Source: Trichosphaerium sp. ATCC 40318
Taxonomy: Eukaryota; Protista; Tubulinea
Direction of reading: 5' to 3'
Assembly: GCA_038496445.1 (NCBI GenBank)
Contig: JALMLS010000397.1
Location: 328,590-392,589 of the forward strand
DNA length: 64,000 bases
Shown: piece after piece, positions 61,472 through 64,000 of the stretch
How positions within the stretch are numbered: position 1 is the stretch's first letter
Layout of the letters: each line of letters begins with the position of its first letter
Notes under the pieces: generated by a model
Database searches by the model: none
What the model saw: the letters and a program-made list of their open reading frames with translations, nothing else
What the model was told of the DNA's origin: nothing
Program-made: the position numbers and the translations under genes

Positions 61472-62589
61472 ATGGCCCGCACTTCGTATCCTTGCGATGT
61501 ACACATCAGCACAGCGCGGTACTTTAGAGCAGTTTTTGCAGTATGCTATGGTAGTTCAGCTGTTATTGTCTTGCTGGCGCTCATAAAGTTCAGCATAAAG
61601 CACAAGTTTTCGCTGTCGACTGTGTTACATGGTAGGAGGCGCAATTAATTACCGTTTACAGTATTTTCTTACTTAAACCTCTAGCAATGATTCCGTTGTC
61701 CATGTTACGTATGTAAAGTAAATAGACGCCCACTACTAACCCACGAATAGTAAACATATCTTTCATTGTTGTATTTTGGCGTGACCTACCAGTGCTGTAC
61801 ACGTGCCCACTGGAAGCTCAGCTGAATCCTTGGTACATTGTTTTTGGATCTACTGGTAACTACGTGTTCGTATGTACTTATTTTTTGCTGCTACTATTCT
61901 GGTGCGTAGATTTCCATGTTTTGTTAAATGAGTTTGAGTAATGACAAAACTGTTCAAAAAGGATAATGTTGATATTCCAATCTTGGAATTCGTCAAAAAC
62001 TTTCATTAACAACATGGCCACTATATACAGCACAGTGATAGGCGCTATCTTACTAGTATGGATGGCTATAATGACAATTATTTTAACAGGCTACTACTAT
62101 GTGTACAGGCAACATAAGCGCCTTGAGCAGTACAAACACATTGTTGGGATTCTACACCAAGTTGAGGTAGGTTTGATACTTTTACCTTTGAAACTCTTAC
62201 AGCTCCAAGATTTACTATTTTTTACTTCTCTACATTGTACTTGGAGTCCTATTTGCAGTCACAGGAGTAGTACTCAGCAGGAGGCTTCAACGTAATTCAG
62301 TAATACCTAAAGTTAAAGCACGTGACCCGGGGTTTTTTGTATGCCACTTTGACCTTATTGGTGTCTGTAGGTGTCAGTGCTAACAACCTTGGTTACGTTT
62401 GCTTGTTTAGGTAGGGCTATTCTAGTATTTGTTCTCTATTATGATTGGATTGGTGGTCTTACACACCTAATATTGCGGTTAATTGCACTTTCAATATTTG
62501 ATCTCCTCCCTGAACTTGGCGTTGTATACATCCTCCATATGAAAAGGATGCAACAAATGTCAACTTGGGGGTCCACAGAGGAATCTTAA
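61472..62589 (+). CDS. Seven-transmembrane protein (TOM1/THH1/GPR137-like topology)
   Basis: About 7 hydrophobic segments across spliced exons; TYFLLLLF|W in TM3, CLGRAI in TM6, FDLLP in TM7. Confidence 0.65.
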
Positions 62590-62716
62590 CATTTGTTTTG
62601 TTCCAGTTTTTTTTTGTAAATTAAAGAATGCTTCGGCAAAGCGACTAGTGTACTTTTTCGTAAAACCCCTTAGATTTCATGTTAAGTCAAACGCGTAGCC
62701 TGCGCACAGAAGGACG

Positions 62717-64000
62717 ATGGACGATAAATACCACTTTTTACTATTTTGTGTAGACACTTTTGGCAAGACGCAAGATTTTCAAGATGAGCATGAACGTACG
62801 CTGGAATTCTGTTCTGTATGCTTACTTGTAACAAGAAATGGTCTACTATGCAAAGCAAGCGCTCATTAGGTGGGCAACGTATGCCAGCAATGTGTTCGTA
62901 AACATGGAGCGACCTATGGTTATCGCTGTGTTATCCGCATCTGACAACATTCAGGTACTACGAACTAGATTGTTGAACGATTTAATAATACAATGTGTCA
63001 GATACTTCTCAAACCACAAAAATTTAACGTGTTACATTTAATTTCAGCGATTCAAAAGCTACAATTTGCGCCTACGTGCGATGGTAGTAAGTATCCTGAA
63101 ACTGCGTTGTTTGAGATGGTGTACGACTATGTTCAAGGAGTAAAATCCAAAGTAGCTGCGCCAATCAACACAACAGTTGTATACGTCACGCCAAATCTGC
63201 CTGTTGTGTCGATTGATATACAAGCCAGTTTGAAGGTACCTCTGCTTTAATCACGTATCCAAATAGCCAACGACACTCTTCCCAGAAACTTCAAGCTGCT
63301 GAGATTGTAGTCAACTTTGTATATGTAAAGTTCGAAACTCTCGAGCATGTGAGTGGCTCAGTTACCAACGACGCATTAGCATCTCTCGCCTCTTTGTCAT
63401 GTAAGCAAAAAAACCTGGTGGTTCAACGCGTAGATAATAGTACGTACAGAAGTAGATATAACAGAGGTTGATTCAAATAATTTTTTTAGATGCAATGGCA
63501 TTTCTAGATTTCATTAAAGTTCTACTTGTAGACTTTATGTCAATGCGCATTGGCGCAGCATTAATATCTTTTCCACAAGGCTGTGTCGTACCTTCATTAA
63601 AGTGTAACATTCGCCCCATGATGCTGCCGACTACTAGACTTTCTTCTACAAAGGTAAAAATAGTAAATACAAACCGATACTTACGCATGTACAAGGTGTG
63701 CAAGTGCCACAAGCATCCCTTGCGAAGAGAAAACTCGGGATTTTGTGCTGTGGATGGCTCAAGATTAGCAGAGAGAGAGAAAGAATTTGCGCTAACGCTT
63801 GGAAATACAGTCATTGCTTCTGCTGGCGTTCAAAGTCACGTGATCGAATTCAACGTAAAAAGTAGGATAAAGTTGTCATCAGTGTGCCCCAGTCAACTCT
63901 TTGGAGACGTATACATAAAATTATTTTACTTTTGTATTACTAGTTTTAAATATTTGCTGACTCATACTTGAAGAGTATCACTCTCGAGGCCAGCGAAAAG
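62717..64000 (+). CDS. Partial gene (runs off window): vWA-like N-terminus, possibly M1AP (meiosis 1 arrest protein)-like
   Basis: Spliced MDDKYHFLLFCVD..; LKCNIRPMML and FNVKSRIKLSSVCPSQLFG resemble remembered M1AP blocks (LKCDLQERLL; LQVIKALKSSGLCESLTYG). A CKCH..C insert is present. Confidence 0.45.

Noticed and set aside
1-64000. Stop-codon reassignment as an explanation for the short ORFs
   Set aside because: The stops examined in conserved genes (RPN6, CDK5RAP1, Roco, Piwi) fall inside introns, and genes end in TAA, TAG and TGA.
1-64000. Transposase, Fanzor/TnpB, reverse transcriptase, CRISPR array, tRNA or rRNA
   Set aside because: No such motifs, terminal repeats or spacer-repeat periodicity were seen.

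Overview
This is a gene-dense, AT-rich, intron-rich eukaryotic region, so the ORF track shows only exon fragments. All gene models below were spliced by eye. The gene content (Roco LRR-ROC-COR-kinase, Zn2Cys6 factor, Piwi-type Argonaute, receptor TK-like protein, PT-mucin surface proteins) and the short GTACGT/CTAAC introns point to an amoebozoan protist; this is inference. About 24 protein-coding genes can be supported. Among them are a PX-domain protein, an intronless F-box/MORN2 gene, a six-repeat 'DWY' protein, Nst1, a questin-oxidase-family enzyme, a giant receptor pseudokinase, a chromo+PWWP reader and a RasGEF. Also present are a clan-86 P450, a beta-helix/mucin surface protein, an intronless DUF427 gene, an ABC1 kinase, RPN6, a small TOS-motif protein, a Piwi-Argonaute with an intact DEDH site, CDK5RAP1/MiaB, a 7TM protein and a partial M1AP-like gene. 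No rRNA, tRNA, CRISPR array or transposase was recognised. The most interesting observations are: the DWY-repeat gene whose repeats carry same-phase introns at homologous positions; recurrent GC-AG introns with a GCACGT donor plus frequent AAG acceptors; two structured intergenic ncRNA candidates; the receptor pseudokinase; the TOS/S40-motif micro-protein; and two intronless HGT-like genes.
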